From: Alphaproteobacteria bacterium
GTDB lineage: Bacteria > Pseudomonadota > Alphaproteobacteria > Rs-D84 > CASDRH01
DNA: 64,000 nucleotides
Direction: 5' to 3'
Assembly: GCA_025210155.1 (NCBI GenBank)
Contig: JAOASE010000002.1
Location: 2,853-66,852 of the forward strand
Of the stretch, positions 31,470 through 41,610 are shown in pieces; positions within the stretch are counted from its first letter, which is position 1, and the number at the start of each line of letters is the position of its first letter. The position numbers were made by a program, and so were the translations under genes. Under the pieces are notes generated by a model that ran no database searches, was not told where the DNA came from, and worked only from the letters and a program-made list of their open reading frames with translations.

Positions 31470-31753
31470 AATTCTTGATTAATTTGAGAATGTTTTCTAT
31501 GATGTTTTTGAAATGTACATTTCAACGTTCTTTGAAATTTTCAGGGAGCTGTTACTTGAAGAAAACTGATGTCATGTAAAGCTAATGTTTTAATTAGGTT
31601 TGGCTAAAGTCTACTTGAATTTTTATTGAGAAAAGAATTTGAGATAGTGGAATAGTAAAGTGACAGGGTGCCTGAGAACAATTTTTAAATATCATCGAAA
31701 TCAGATGAGCCCCACAGAAATACTTTTATGTAATTTCTAAAGGGGCATTTTTT

Positions 31754-32218
31754 TTATGAATTTTTCATAAGGTCTAAGAAGTTTTGAAGAAGAACTGAAG
31801 AAGATAGTTTGTCAGTGATTTCTTTTCTTCTTTTTCTTGTCATGTCGAATTGCCCTACAAGCATAGTTTCTACTGCTGATGAAGTTAATCTTTCATCAAA
31901 TAGGATTATGTTTGTTTTATCATCTAGTATATTATTAAGTTTTTTAGCAAATGAGTGAACTTTTTCAGACGATTCTGTTTCCTCATTTTTCATATTTAAT
32001 GGAAGTCCTAAGATGATGAAATCTATTTGCCACTCTTTGATTATATTAGGAAGTTTTTGAAGAGCTTCTTTAGGTGTTATTTGCATGAAAGGAGATGAGA
32101 TAGTTTTCGTGTCGTCTGACTTTGCAATTCCTATGCGTTTTTCGCCCCAATCTATACCTAGAGCGGGTGATTTTTTAAGCCATTCTTCTTTTGATATTTT
32201 TTTTGTTTCTACTATCAT
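31754..32218 (-). CDS. ruvX: Holliday junction resolvase-like protein RuvX/YqgF (pre-16S rRNA nuclease)
   Basis: GIDWGEKRIGIAKSD, FIILGLPLNM and DERLTS motifs. The start is taken at the internal Met; the ORF-track N-terminal extension is hydrophobic. Confidence 0.7.
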   Translation of the reverse strand: MIVETKKISKEEWLKKSPALGIDWGEKRIGIAKSDDTKTISSPFMQITPKEALQKLPNIIKEWQIDFIILGLPLNMKNEETESSEKVHSFAKKLNNILDDKTNIILFDERLTSSAVETMLVGQFDMTRKRRKEITDKLSSSVLLQNFLDLMKNS

Positions 32219-32302
32219 TTTATTCTTGAATTTCCTTTGTTTATTGATAAGATTATATGATATGAAAAATAATATCAAGGATAAATAGAAAAGGAAGTTT
32301 AG

Positions 32303-32596
32303 ATGGCTTTTACTAATGATGAAATTAAAAAAGTTGCGCATTTGGCAAGATTAGATATGAGTGATGAAGAATTGGCTTCATTGAAACCAGATCTAGATGC
32401 TATTATGGATTGGATTGAACAATTGAAGGAAGTTAGCACTGAAGGTGTTGAGCCTATGTTGAATGCTTGCGATTATGATCTTCCTATTAGAAAAGATGAA
32501 GTTAAGATGAATAACACAAGAGAAGATGTTATGACTAATGCGCCAGAAAGAGGTGGAGAGAAGAAGGAGTATTTTTCTGTGCCTAAAATGGTATAA
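32303..32596 (+). CDS. gatC: Glu-tRNA(Gln)/Asp-tRNA(Asn) amidotransferase subunit C
   Basis: 97 aa, with the family-typical VAHLARLDMSDEELASL stretch. Confidence 0.85.
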   Translation: MAFTNDEIKKVAHLARLDMSDEELASLKPDLDAIMDWIEQLKEVSTEGVEPMLNACDYDLPIRKDEVKMNNTREDVMTNAPERGGEKKEYFSVPKMV

Positions 32597-32607
32597 AAAT
32601 TTATGTT

Positions 32608-32725
32608 CTTTTGCACGATTAATTGTAATAAATAATTTTAATCTTTGGCGATTGAGTATTATATATACACAATACCAAATCTGAAAATCATTTTTATTTA
32701 TACTCGCACAAAATATTCATAAATT
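32608..32725 (+). repeat. dispersed intergenic repeat
   Basis: AATCTTTGGCGATTGAGTATTATATATACACAATACCAAATCTGAAAATCATTTTT, near-identical to 60181-60236. Confidence 0.6.
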
Positions 32726-32810
32726 TCCAGTTAATGGATTTTAAAATTTTTAAAACTAAAGAGGGAATTTTGAAGTTTGTATTTAGTTAATTAAAAATAG
32801 GGGAATTGCT

Positions 32811-33158
32811 ATGAATATAAATGATTTGGATGAATTTTTTACTTTTATGATGAGTAAGTATGATCAGGCTCTTGAAACTGATAGAGAAAGAGCATTGAGT
32901 AGAATTGTGAGATTGCAAGAAGAGCTTGGTGAATTGGCAGAGCAGACATTTTGTAAGATTGGTGTAGGAAGAAAAGAGAAAATAGATTCTTATACACAAG
33001 ATGCTTTGGAAAAAGAATTTGGAGATGTTTTTATTTCGTTAATGGCTTTTGCTAAGGTTCTTAAAATTAAACCGGATGAAGCTATTGCAAAAACTTTGGA
33101 TAAGGTTGCAGATAGATGTGGTTATGAAAATAAACATCATTGGAAATTGGAGAAGTAG
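32811..33158 (+). CDS. MazG-like nucleoside triphosphate pyrophosphohydrolase (small all-alpha NTP-PPase)
   Basis: EELGELAEQ plus a second E..F(G)D motif; 115 aa. Confidence 0.5.
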   Translation: MNINDLDEFFTFMMSKYDQALETDRERALSRIVRLQEELGELAEQTFCKIGVGRKEKIDSYTQDALEKEFGDVFISLMAFAKVLKIKPDEAIAKTLDKVADRCGYENKHHWKLEK

Positions 33159-33808
33159 ATATGGAAATAATTAAATACCCTCAATCATGTTTTATGGTTA
33201 AGTCAGATGAGAAAAATATTTTAGTAGATCCTGGTAATTTATTATTTAAAAGTGAGTTTTTAGATGAATGGAAAAAGGCTGATTTTATATTGATTACTCA
33301 TAGTCACGGTGATCATTGTTTTTCAGATGTTTTAAAAGAATTTAACTGCCCTATATATTCTACGAATGAGGTTAAAGATAGAAGTGGCTTGGATATAAAA
33401 GTCGTTAAAAGTGGTGATGAATTAGATATTGAAGGTATTAAGATAGATGTCGTTGATGCTAAACATGGATATATGCCTTGGTTAACTACTTTTGATGCTG
33501 AGATAAATGATGGTGTTGGATTTATAGTTGAAGTAGAAGGTAAGAAGATATATTTTACAAGTGATACTTTATGTTTTAAAAACGATTATAAATGTGATGT
33601 TTTATGTGCGCCAGTTTCTGCTCATGGTTTAGTTATGGGTGATTTTGAATTAGTTCATTTTTCTAAGATGGTAGAAGCTAATTTAGTTTTGCCATGTCAT
33701 ATGGAAAACCCTAAGTTTCCTGTTGATGTAGAAAAGATGGAAAATGTTTTGAGTGAATTAGACGTTAATTATAAAGTTTTAGGAATTGAAGATTCTGTAG
33801 AAATATAA
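33140..33808 (+). CDS. MBL-fold metallo-hydrolase
   Basis: ILITHSHGDHCF (HxHxDH). It overlaps the MazG-like stop. Confidence 0.6.
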   Translation: MEIGEVDMEIIKYPQSCFMVKSDEKNILVDPGNLLFKSEFLDEWKKADFILITHSHGDHCFSDVLKEFNCPIYSTNEVKDRSGLDIKVVKSGDELDIEGIKIDVVDAKHGYMPWLTTFDAEINDGVGFIVEVEGKKIYFTSDTLCFKNDYKCDVLCAPVSAHGLVMGDFELVHFSKMVEANLVLPCHMENPKFPVDVEKMENVLSELDVNYKVLGIEDSVEI

Positions 33809-33830
33809 ATAATAAAAGAAAAAGAAGGAA

Positions 33831-35330
33831 GTGAAGAATAAAATGAAATTGTATGATTTGACTATTGTTGAAATTAGAGATGGTTTGAAAGCTGGTAAGT
33901 TTACAGTTGTTGAGCTTGTGGAAAGTTTAATTAAGAGAGCTGAAGAATTTAAGCATCTTAATGTTTTTGTTACAGAGACTTTTAATCAAGCTAGAGAAAG
34001 AGCTGTTGAGTTAGATAAACAAATTGTTGCTGGAGAAATCTCTGATAAGAATTTAGCTGGTGTAGTTGTAGGTATGAAAGATATTTTCTGTACTAAAGGT
34101 GTTAAGACTACAGCTTGTTCTAATATTCTTGAGAACTTTGTTCCGCAATATGAATCTACTGCTTCACAAAAAATGTTAGATAATGGAGCTATATTTTTAG
34201 GTAAGACTTCGTTGGATCAATTTGCGATGGGATCTTCTAATAAAACATCTGCATTTGGTAATGTTTTAAATCCTTATAAAGATACTTCGAGACCTGAGAA
34301 AGATTTAGTGCCTGGTGGTTCTTCAGGTGGTACAGCTGCAGGTGTTGCTGCAGGTATTTTCCCTGGTGGTACAGCTACTGACACTGGTGGTTCTGTTAGA
34401 CAACCGGCGGCTCTTTGTGGTATAGTTGGTTTAAAACCTACTTATGGAAGAGTTTCTCGTTGGGGTATTATAGCTTATTCTTCTTCTTTGGATACTCCTT
34501 CTACTATGGCAAGAACAGTTAAAGATGCTGCTATTCTTTTAGACGGTATGGCAGGTCATGATGAAAAAGATTCTACTTCGGCTCCAGTTGAGACACCTTG
34601 TTTTGAAAATGCTTGTAATGCAGATGGATCTGTTGAAGGTTTAAGAATTGGTATTCCAGCAGAATATATTGAAGGACTAAATGGTGGTATGAAAGAATTG
34701 TTAGATTCTCATATTGAAGATTTAAAATCTCGTGGTGCAGAAATTGTTGAAATTAGTTTGCCTCATACTAAATATGCATTGCCTGCTTATTACATAATTT
34801 CACCAGCTGAAGCTTCTGCTAACTTAGCTAGATATGATGGTGTTAGATATGGTCATAGAACTGAAAAAGATGTTGAGAGTTTAGCTGATATGTATTCTAA
34901 GACTAGAAGTGAAGCTTTTGGTGAAGAAGTTAAGAAAAGAATTATGATTGGTACAGCTGTTTTATCAGCTGGTTTCTATGATGCTTACTTTATTAAAGCT
35001 GGTAGAGTTAGACGACTTATAACTCAAGATTTTGAAAAAGCATATGAAAAATGTGATGTTATTTTAACACCGACTACTACTGGTGGGGCATTTGCTACGG
35101 ATGATAAATTGTCTGCTATTGATATGTACTTGAATGATGTTTATACAGTGTCAATTAACTTAGCTGGTTTGCCTGCGATTTCTATTCCTGCTGGATTGAA
35201 TAAAAATGGTTTACCGTTAGGTTTGCAATATATTGGTAAGAAATATGATGAAGAAGGTATTTTGAAAGTAGCTTCTGTGTCAGAAAAGATTATTGGATTT
35301 GATAATAGACCGAGTAAATTTGATAAGTAG
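33831..35330 (+). CDS. gatA: Glu-tRNA(Gln) amidotransferase subunit A
   Basis: Amidase signature GGSSGGTAAGVAAG with Ser and Lys catalytic context; 499 aa. Confidence 0.9.
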   Translation: MKNKMKLYDLTIVEIRDGLKAGKFTVVELVESLIKRAEEFKHLNVFVTETFNQARERAVELDKQIVAGEISDKNLAGVVVGMKDIFCTKGVKTTACSNILENFVPQYESTASQKMLDNGAIFLGKTSLDQFAMGSSNKTSAFGNVLNPYKDTSRPEKDLVPGGSSGGTAAGVAAGIFPGGTATDTGGSVRQPAALCGIVGLKPTYGRVSRWGIIAYSSSLDTPSTMARTVKDAAILLDGMAGHDEKDSTSAPVETPCFENACNADGSVEGLRIGIPAEYIEGLNGGMKELLDSHIEDLKSRGAEIVEISLPHTKYALPAYYIISPAEASANLARYDGVRYGHRTEKDVESLADMYSKTRSEAFGEEVKKRIMIGTAVLSAGFYDAYFIKAGRVRRLITQDFEKAYEKCDVILTPTTTGGAFATDDKLSAIDMYLNDVYTVSINLAGLPAISIPAGLNKNGLPLGLQYIGKKYDEEGILKVASVSEKIIGFDNRPSKFDK

Positions 35331-35355
35331 AAATTTATATTTCAGGAGATGAGAG

Positions 35356-35820
35356 ATGAGTGAAAAACCTAAAGTTACTAGAGCTGGTGGTGGAATTATG
35401 TTTTTGAAGGATGGTAAAGTTCTTCTTGGATTAAGACATGATGAAAAAGAAAAAGCTGATAGTGATTTAAATGGTGAAGGGACATGGACATTTCCTGGTG
35501 GTAAATATGATTTTCAAGATGGTCTGTTTGATGGGGTAGCTAGAGAAGTTAAAGAAGAAACAGATCTTAATTTGAAAAATGCTCATGTGTTTACTATTAC
35601 AAATGAAAGAGTTGATACAGCTCATTATGTTACTCTTGGTTGGATGGCTGATGAATGGGATGGTGAAGTTAAAGCTATGGAGCCTGATGAAATAGTTAGG
35701 TGGGAATGGTTTAATTTAGATAATTTACCTGCGAAGTTGTTTAGACCTACTGAGAAAATGATAAACAATTATAAAGATAAAATTTTTATGATTGAAGATG
35801 ATAGATTAGATATAAAATAA
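35356..35820 (+). CDS. NUDIX hydrolase
   Basis: Nudix-box-like GGKYDFQDGLFDGVAREVKEETDL, a variant with Asp at the first Glu position. Confidence 0.6.
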   Translation: MSEKPKVTRAGGGIMFLKDGKVLLGLRHDEKEKADSDLNGEGTWTFPGGKYDFQDGLFDGVAREVKEETDLNLKNAHVFTITNERVDTAHYVTLGWMADEWDGEVKAMEPDEIVRWEWFNLDNLPAKLFRPTEKMINNYKDKIFMIEDDRLDIK

Positions 35821-35832
35821 AAAAAGGAAAGT

Positions 35833-37311
35833 GTGAAAAATATGACATATACTATAAAAGGACAAACTGGTGATTGGGAAGTTGTAATGGGATTGGAAAT
35901 TCATTGTCAGGTGATTTCTAATTCGAAATTGTTTTCTCCTGCTTCAACTAAATTTGGTGCAGAACCAAATTCTCAAGTGCATTTAGTTGATGCTGCTCAA
36001 CCTGGTATGTTGCCTGTTATAAATGAAAAGTGTATTGAACAAGCTGTTAAAACTGGTTTGGGTATTAATGCTGTGATAAATAATAAATCAGTGTTTGCTA
36101 GAAAGAATTATTTTTATGCTGATTTACCTCAAGGGTATCAAATTTCGCAAGCAGATCAACCTATTGTTGGAGAAGGTCATGTTGATATTGTTGATGATCA
36201 AGATGAACATAAAAGAATTAGAGTTGAAAGAATTCACCTAGAGCAAGACGCGGGTAAATCTATTCATGATATGGAACCAGGTAAGTCTATGGTTGATTTG
36301 AATAGAACTGGTATTGCGTTGATGGAAATAGTTTCTTATCCAGATATTAGATCTCCAAAAGAGGCTGGTGAATATGTTAAAAAGATTAGATCTATAGTTC
36401 GTTATTTGGAAACATGTGATGGTAATATGGATGAAGGTTCTATGAGATGTGATGTTAACGTTTCTGTTAGAAAAGTCGGTGAAGAAGGATTTAGAACTAG
36501 AACTGAGACTAAGAATGTTAATTCTGTGAAGTTTGTTATGCAGGCATCTGAATATGAAGCTAAGAGACAAATTGAAGCTTATGAAAATGGTGAAGAGATA
36601 GTTCAAGAGACTAGATTGTTTAATACATCTACTGGTGAAACTAGATCTATGAGAGGTAAGGAAAATGCTAATGATTATAGATATTTCCCAGACCCTGATT
36701 TACTTCCATTAGTATTGAGTGATGAATATATTCAAGATATTAAAAATAATTTGCCAGAGCTTCCTTCTGAGAAGAAAGAAAGATTTGTTAAAGATTTAGG
36801 TTTGTCAGATTATGATGCTGAAGTTTTAACAGCAGAAAAAGAGAATGCAGTTTATTTTGAAACAGCTATAGCTGCTGCGAAAAAGGCTGAGGCGAAATCT
36901 ATTTCTAATTTGATTACTTCTGAGCTGTTTGGAATTTTGAAGAAAGAAGAAGCTGGAATTACAGAAAGCCCTATTTCTGCTGAGCAAATTGCTGATCTTG
37001 CAGATCTTATTAAAGAAGGTGTAATTTCAGGTAAGATTGCTAAGCAAATTTTTGAGCTTATGATTGGTGAATGCAAAAGTAAAATGCCATCAGTTATAGT
37101 TGAAGAAAAAGGTTTAAAGCAAATGAATGATACTGGTGCTATAGAATCATTGATTGATGAAGTTATCGCTGCTAATCCAGATAAGGTTGCTGAAATAAAG
37201 GCTGGTAAAGATAAGCTTAAAGGTTGGTTTGTTGGACAGGTTATGCAGAAGTCTCAAGGTAAGGCTAATCCTGGTCAAGTAAATCAATTATTGGCTGCGA
37301 AGTTGAAATAA
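35833..37311 (+). CDS. gatB: Glu-tRNA(Gln)/Asp-tRNA(Asn) amidotransferase subunit B
   Basis: 492 aa. N-terminal [12 protein letters not shown] and a C-terminal GatB/YqeY domain. Confidence 0.9.
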   Translation: MKNMTYTIKGQTGDWEVVMGLEIHCQVISNSKLFSPASTKFGAEPNSQVHLVDAAQPGMLPVINEKCIEQAVKTGLGINAVINNKSVFARKNYFYADLPQGYQISQADQPIVGEGHVDIVDDQDEHKRIRVERIHLEQDAGKSIHDMEPGKSMVDLNRTGIALMEIVSYPDIRSPKEAGEYVKKIRSIVRYLETCDGNMDEGSMRCDVNVSVRKVGEEGFRTRTETKNVNSVKFVMQASEYEAKRQIEAYENGEEIVQETRLFNTSTGETRSMRGKENANDYRYFPDPDLLPLVLSDEYIQDIKNNLPELPSEKKERFVKDLGLSDYDAEVLTAEKENAVYFETAIAAAKKAEAKSISNLITSELFGILKKEEAGITESPISAEQIADLADLIKEGVISGKIAKQIFELMIGECKSKMPSVIVEEKGLKQMNDTGAIESLIDEVIAANPDKVAEIKAGKDKLKGWFVGQVMQKSQGKANPGQVNQLLAAKLK

Positions 37312-37440
37312 GGTTTTGGGGATTTTACTTCATCTGTGTTATAAAAAGAACCCTCGCGTATCATCTATACGCGTCGGAACCTTTTTATTTAACATCTAAA
37401 GCAAAATTACCAAAACGTTGGGTATTGAGATATTGCTTAA
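37312..37440 (+). repeat. dispersed palindromic intergenic repeat
   Basis: Near-identical to 56205-56300. Contains the hairpin CGCGTAT catct ATACGCG. Confidence 0.6.
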
Positions 37441-37475
37441 TTAAAAGATATTATTAATATTTAAATTAATTCACT

Positions 37476-37649
37476 ATGGAAAATGTAAAGGTTAGACTTA
37501 TTGGATTTGAAAAATATAAATTTGATAAGCTTGAAAAAATTAAAGAAGAGCTTGTTGAGCAATATTATAAGGAAAATAGAGTTAAAATTTTTTTTGAAAA
37601 ATTAAGAAAAGGTTTTTATCGATTTTTGTCTATGATATTTTTAGAATGA
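37476..37649 (+). CDS. possible small ORF (57 aa, Lys/Glu-rich)
   Basis: ATG...TGA read directly; no SD obvious. Speculative. Confidence 0.12.
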   Translation: MENVKVRLIGFEKYKFDKLEKIKEELVEQYYKENRVKIFFEKLRKGFYRFLSMIFLE

Positions 37650-37755
37650 AGTTAAGGTTGTATCTTGACTTCTTTTTTATTTTATTGACTCGTGGAATTA
37701 TGTTTTGTAGAGTTTAATTAGTTAAATTATTTGTAAAATTAAATACTATTTATAT

Positions 37756-38253
37756 ATGGGAAAAGTTAATAATTTATATGTCGCTGTTAATTATGATTTA
37801 GGTGTCTTAGAAAAAGAATTGCCATTTAATTTGTTTAATAGTCTTAGAGGGCATCATACTACAATAATTTATATTGGAGAAAGTTATGATGTTGTTTCTA
37901 TTGAAATTGTTTTGAGATATATTTCTATTTGTTATTATAAATTTAAGATGAGAGTCGATGGGATATATACATTTTATGATGAACATGGTTATAATTTTTT
38001 AGCCGCAAGTATAAATTCTTTATATTTAGGTAGAATTAGAACTTCGTTAGCTAAGGCTTTTGATAAAGCTGAAATTAGGTATTCAATGGGTTTTGGATTC
38101 AATCCTCATATTACATTTGAAGAAATAGTTTCAGAAATTGATCTAAATAAAAAGTTTAAAGATTTTAGGCCTTTTGAATTAAAAGTTGAATCTATTGACT
38201 TGGTTTATAATAAAAAAATTCAGAAGAGATTTATGCTTAAAGAGGTTTCATGA
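37756..38253 (+). CDS. 2H phosphoesterase superfamily protein (LigT/ThpR-like RNA 2',3'-cyclic phosphodiesterase)
   Basis: Two H-x-T motifs, HHTTII near aa 33 and PHITFEE near aa 117; 165 aa. Confidence 0.4.
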   Translation: MGKVNNLYVAVNYDLGVLEKELPFNLFNSLRGHHTTIIYIGESYDVVSIEIVLRYISICYYKFKMRVDGIYTFYDEHGYNFLAASINSLYLGRIRTSLAKAFDKAEIRYSMGFGFNPHITFEEIVSEIDLNKKFKDFRPFELKVESIDLVYNKKIQKRFMLKEVS

Positions 38254-38586
38254 GGTATATTTTATTTTGTAGAATGTTTTTATATTGAATAATTATGGCT
38301 GGATTAGATTTAGATGGAAATATTGAAGAAGGAATGGCTATTAAAACAACTGATACAATAGAGATTAAGTATTGTGAATTAGGTTATAATCTTCAATGTT
38401 GTAATTGTGGAGGTTGTAAAGATAGAGAAGATTTCGGTGAGATAGCTGGGATGCTTTCTACTTCTATTTTTTCGGATGATTAAGGAAAGGGTTGCATTAA
38501 TGGCAACCTTTTTTTATTTGACTTTTTTTGAGAGAAATGTATTTTATCCATAATTAATTAAGTAATTTAAACCTAAAAACAAATCA

Positions 38587-38988
38587 ATGATTGATCGAAA
38601 TTCAGTGAAGAAGTTGTCATTTAAGGAATTAATAAATGATAATGTTGAAGTGTCTTATGAAAACTATGTTTTTCATTTTACTAATGGAAATGACAAGTTT
38701 TTATTAAAAAGAGATGATGACGATTCTGGTCGTTGGAAAATAGAAGGTCATTTAGGATTTTCTAAAGTTATTAACTTTATTTCTAATGAGATTAAGGAAG
38801 AGTTATTAGAAAACTTTTCTAAAAAAATAGAAGCCTTTCATAAAAATAGAAAACTTCGCTTTAAAATACTTTTAAAGCAAGATCATTCTCTTAATGTTAC
38901 TTGTTCATGTAATGGACTTATAGACAGAGAAAGGAATGAAGCGGAAGAGTATTTTGAAAAACTTTTCAATGAATTTTTTGAAATATAG
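38587..38988 (+). CDS. hypothetical protein (133 aa)
   Basis: ORF in very AT-rich DNA; no family recognised. Confidence 0.25.
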   Translation: MIDRNSVKKLSFKELINDNVEVSYENYVFHFTNGNDKFLLKRDDDDSGRWKIEGHLGFSKVINFISNEIKEELLENFSKKIEAFHKNRKLRFKILLKQDHSLNVTCSCNGLIDRERNEAEEYFEKLFNEFFEI

Positions 38989-39134
38989 AATAGAGCGGCC
39001 CATAGAGGTCGCTTTTAATTTTTAGTTGTTTAAAAAGTTTAGTAAAATCAATGGTTAAGCTTTTATTCTTATTGACTTTAGTAAATTAATATTATATATT
39101 TAAGGAACACAAAATATACATTTAAAAAGAGAAA

Positions 39135-39413
39135 ATGACTCAGGGGAACGAAGATCAATTTAGGGGAAAATTAGATAAGGATGAAATTATTAGTTTTGTT
39201 TCTTTACTTCCGAAAATTGATAAGTTGACATCTTTGGATAATTTTTTATATCAATTAATTAAAGAAGTTTTTTCAAAAGATATCGCTGAAAAAGCTTTAA
39301 AATCTTATCGATATAAAATTGTAAATAAAAAAGTTTGTTCATCAGATGAAAAAAAGGAAGATATTTTAAAAAAATTATTGTTAGATTCTTTATCTGAAAA
39401 TTTACCTGAATAA
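39135..39413 (+). CDS. hypothetical protein (92 aa)
   Basis: ORF; no family recognised. Confidence 0.25.
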   Translation: MTQGNEDQFRGKLDKDEIISFVSLLPKIDKLTSLDNFLYQLIKEVFSKDIAEKALKSYRYKIVNKKVCSSDEKKEDILKKLLLDSLSENLPE

Positions 39414-39545
39414 AGTTATTTTGAGATCCTTCTATTAATTATAATAGAGGGATTTTTTTCTTTTTTATGAAATATATTTTTTGTTGTAAATTGTTTGTTT
39501 ACTATTTATAATGTTTGTGCAAATTTTATTGAAAAGGGTAAATTT

Positions 39546-40904
39546 ATGAAGAAGTTTTATATAGATACATTTGGGTGTCAGATGAATGTTTATGATGGAA
39601 TTAGAATTGCTGATATGTTGAAAAAATTGGCATTTGTTCAAGTGCAAGATGAGAAGGAAGCTGATGTTATTCTTTTGAATACTTGTCATATTAGAGAGAA
39701 GGCTGCTGAAAAAGTTTTTTCTCGTTTAGGTAGAATTAAAAAGGCTTTAGAAAAATCAGGTAAGCAAGTTGGTGGAGAAGGTTCTCAAGTTGTTATTGGC
39801 GTTATAGGTTGTGTTGCTAAAGCTATGGGTAAGGAAATTTTTAAAAGAACTCCTTATGTTTCTATTGTTTTGTCTTCACAAAGATACCATTTGTTGCCAG
39901 ATATGATTGATAAATCTTTTGTTGATTTAATGGAAGAAGGTAAGGCTAGAAATATAAATGTAGATGTGGAAGATGGTATTGAAAAGTTTGATGAATTGCC
40001 TCAGTTGAGCAAGTCTTCTAAAGTTGCATTTTTAGCTATACAAGAAGGTTGTGATAAGTTTTGTACTTATTGTGTTGTTCCTTATACTAGAGGTAGGGAA
40101 ATTTCTCGTCCTGTTGAAGCTGTTTTAAAAGAGGCTAAAAACTTGAATGATTTAGGTGCTGTTGAAATTAATTTGTTAGGGCAAAACGTTGATGCTTATC
40201 ATGGAGTTGATGTTTCTGGTGAAGAAAAGAATTTAGCATATATTATTAAAGAAGTTGCTAAGTTGGAAAATGTTAAGAGAATTAGATATACTACTTCTTA
40301 TCCTACGCAGCTTGGTGATGAGTTGATGGAATTACATGGTAGTGAGCCAAAGTTAATGCCATTGATTTATTTACCTATGCAAGCGGGTTCAGATAACGTG
40401 TTGAAGACTATGAATAGAAGATATACTCAAGAGTCTTATTTGGCTACTATTGATAGGTTGAAAGAGATAAATCCTAATGTTCAAATTTCGTCAGATTTTA
40501 TTGTTGGTTATGTTGATGAAACAGATGAAGATTTTGAAGAAACTTTAAAGGTTGTTGAAAGAGTTGGTTTTATTCAGGCGTTCTCATTTAAGTATTCTAG
40601 AAGACCAGGTACTGCTGGAGATAGAATGGAAGGTGGTAGACATGTCGCTGAAGATATTAAAGCAGAAAGATTAGAAAGGCTTCAAGCTTTATTGAAAAAG
40701 AAACAATCTGAGTTTTATGATAGTTGTGTTGGAAAAATTATGAAAGTTCTTTTTGAATATAAGGGTGAAAAGACTGGATTATGGGTTGGTCGTACAGAAT
40801 ATATGCAGCCAGTTATGGTTAAATCTGATAACGATTTAGAAGGTGAAATTTTAGAAGTTGAGATTGAAAGTGCCGGTCACTCTGTGTTACATGGAAAGAT
40901 ATAA
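39546..40904 (+). CDS. miaB: tRNA-i6A37 methylthiotransferase
   Basis: N-terminal FYIDTFGCQMN, the radical-SAM CxxxCxxC (CDKFCTYC) and a TRAM C-terminus. The ORF-track start at 39495 is an extension. A terminator lies at 40919-40944. Confidence 0.9.
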   Translation: MKKFYIDTFGCQMNVYDGIRIADMLKKLAFVQVQDEKEADVILLNTCHIREKAAEKVFSRLGRIKKALEKSGKQVGGEGSQVVIGVIGCVAKAMGKEIFKRTPYVSIVLSSQRYHLLPDMIDKSFVDLMEEGKARNINVDVEDGIEKFDELPQLSKSSKVAFLAIQEGCDKFCTYCVVPYTRGREISRPVEAVLKEAKNLNDLGAVEINLLGQNVDAYHGVDVSGEEKNLAYIIKEVAKLENVKRIRYTTSYPTQLGDELMELHGSEPKLMPLIYLPMQAGSDNVLKTMNRRYTQESYLATIDRLKEINPNVQISSDFIVGYVDETDEDFEETLKVVERVGFIQAFSFKYSRRPGTAGDRMEGGRHVAEDIKAERLERLQALLKKKQSEFYDSCVGKIMKVLFEYKGEKTGLWVGRTEYMQPVMVKSDNDLEGEILEVEIESAGHSVLHGKI

Positions 40905-40918
40905 TGTTAAAGTAAAAA

Positions 40919-40944
40919 CTGCAGAAATTATCTGCAGTTTTTTA
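40919..40944. terminator. bidirectional intrinsic terminator
   Basis: CTGCAGA aatta TCTGCAG followed by T6. Confidence 0.6.
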
Positions 40945-40954
40945 AAATGAATAA

Positions 40955-41419
40955 TTAAATAATAGCCATTACACCAATTTCTTCGACATTCTCGTGATAA
41001 TTATTTCCGTTGAAACGAAAATCTTTTATCTTATCTCCAAAAGTTTTCCATTTTTTATTAACTTTTATCATCCTTTGGAAAAAAAGTTTTTCTTTTCTTG
41101 GACTTATCAATAGTATTTTTGAATGTTCTTCAGGGAAAATTACTACGCAGGCATCCAATGCTGTTGATTGTTCTAATCGGTTATAATTTTCTCTATTTGA
41201 AAATATTAGTTTTTTACCTCCAATTTCACTTTTGATTAATTCGGTAGTTTCAAACCTTTCAACTATTTTGGCGTTTTTAATTCCAATTAGTTGAGTCATT
41301 TTTGATGGTTTAATTGGGGTAACTAGATTGTTTACTAACATTTTAAGGCTAATTTCTTCGACCTTGAATCCTTCTTCTTCTAGTAATGATTTTAATTCAA
41401 CTTTGTTTAATTTATTCAT
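40955..41419 (-). CDS. hypothetical protein (154 aa)
   Basis: ORF; no family recognised. Confidence 0.3.
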   Translation of the reverse strand: MNKLNKVELKSLLEEEGFKVEEISLKMLVNNLVTPIKPSKMTQLIGIKNAKIVERFETTELIKSEIGGKKLIFSNRENYNRLEQSTALDACVVIFPEEHSKILLISPRKEKLFFQRMIKVNKKWKTFGDKIKDFRFNGNNYHENVEEIGVMAII

Positions 41420-41610
41420 AATATAAATGTTTGTGTTGCTACCACCTGAGTTTAGGCAGCTTTTTAAGCAACTGGTTTATAATATTGTTGTTTCAAATTA
41501 TATTTTATAAAAATCTTTTTGTCAAGTATTTATGTTTTTTCTTTACAAGTTTAAAATTATGTTTAATAATTTATTAGTTCTTTTAGAGGGGAAACTAAAG
41601 GAGGCTCATT

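Noticed and set aside
36238-37076. Minus-strand ORFs (122 aa and 74 aa) inside gatB
   Set aside because: Antisense shadow ORFs within a conserved gene.
38295-38483. 62-aa Cys-rich ORF (CCNCGGCKD)
   Set aside because: No SD and an odd composition. It could be a small peptide, but the evidence is insufficient, so I left it out of the features and mention it only in the 37.3-39.4 kb finding.
39495-39545. Upstream extension of miaB
   Set aside because: MiaB proteins begin at MKKFYI. The extension overlaps the minus-strand shadow ORF 39465..39689.
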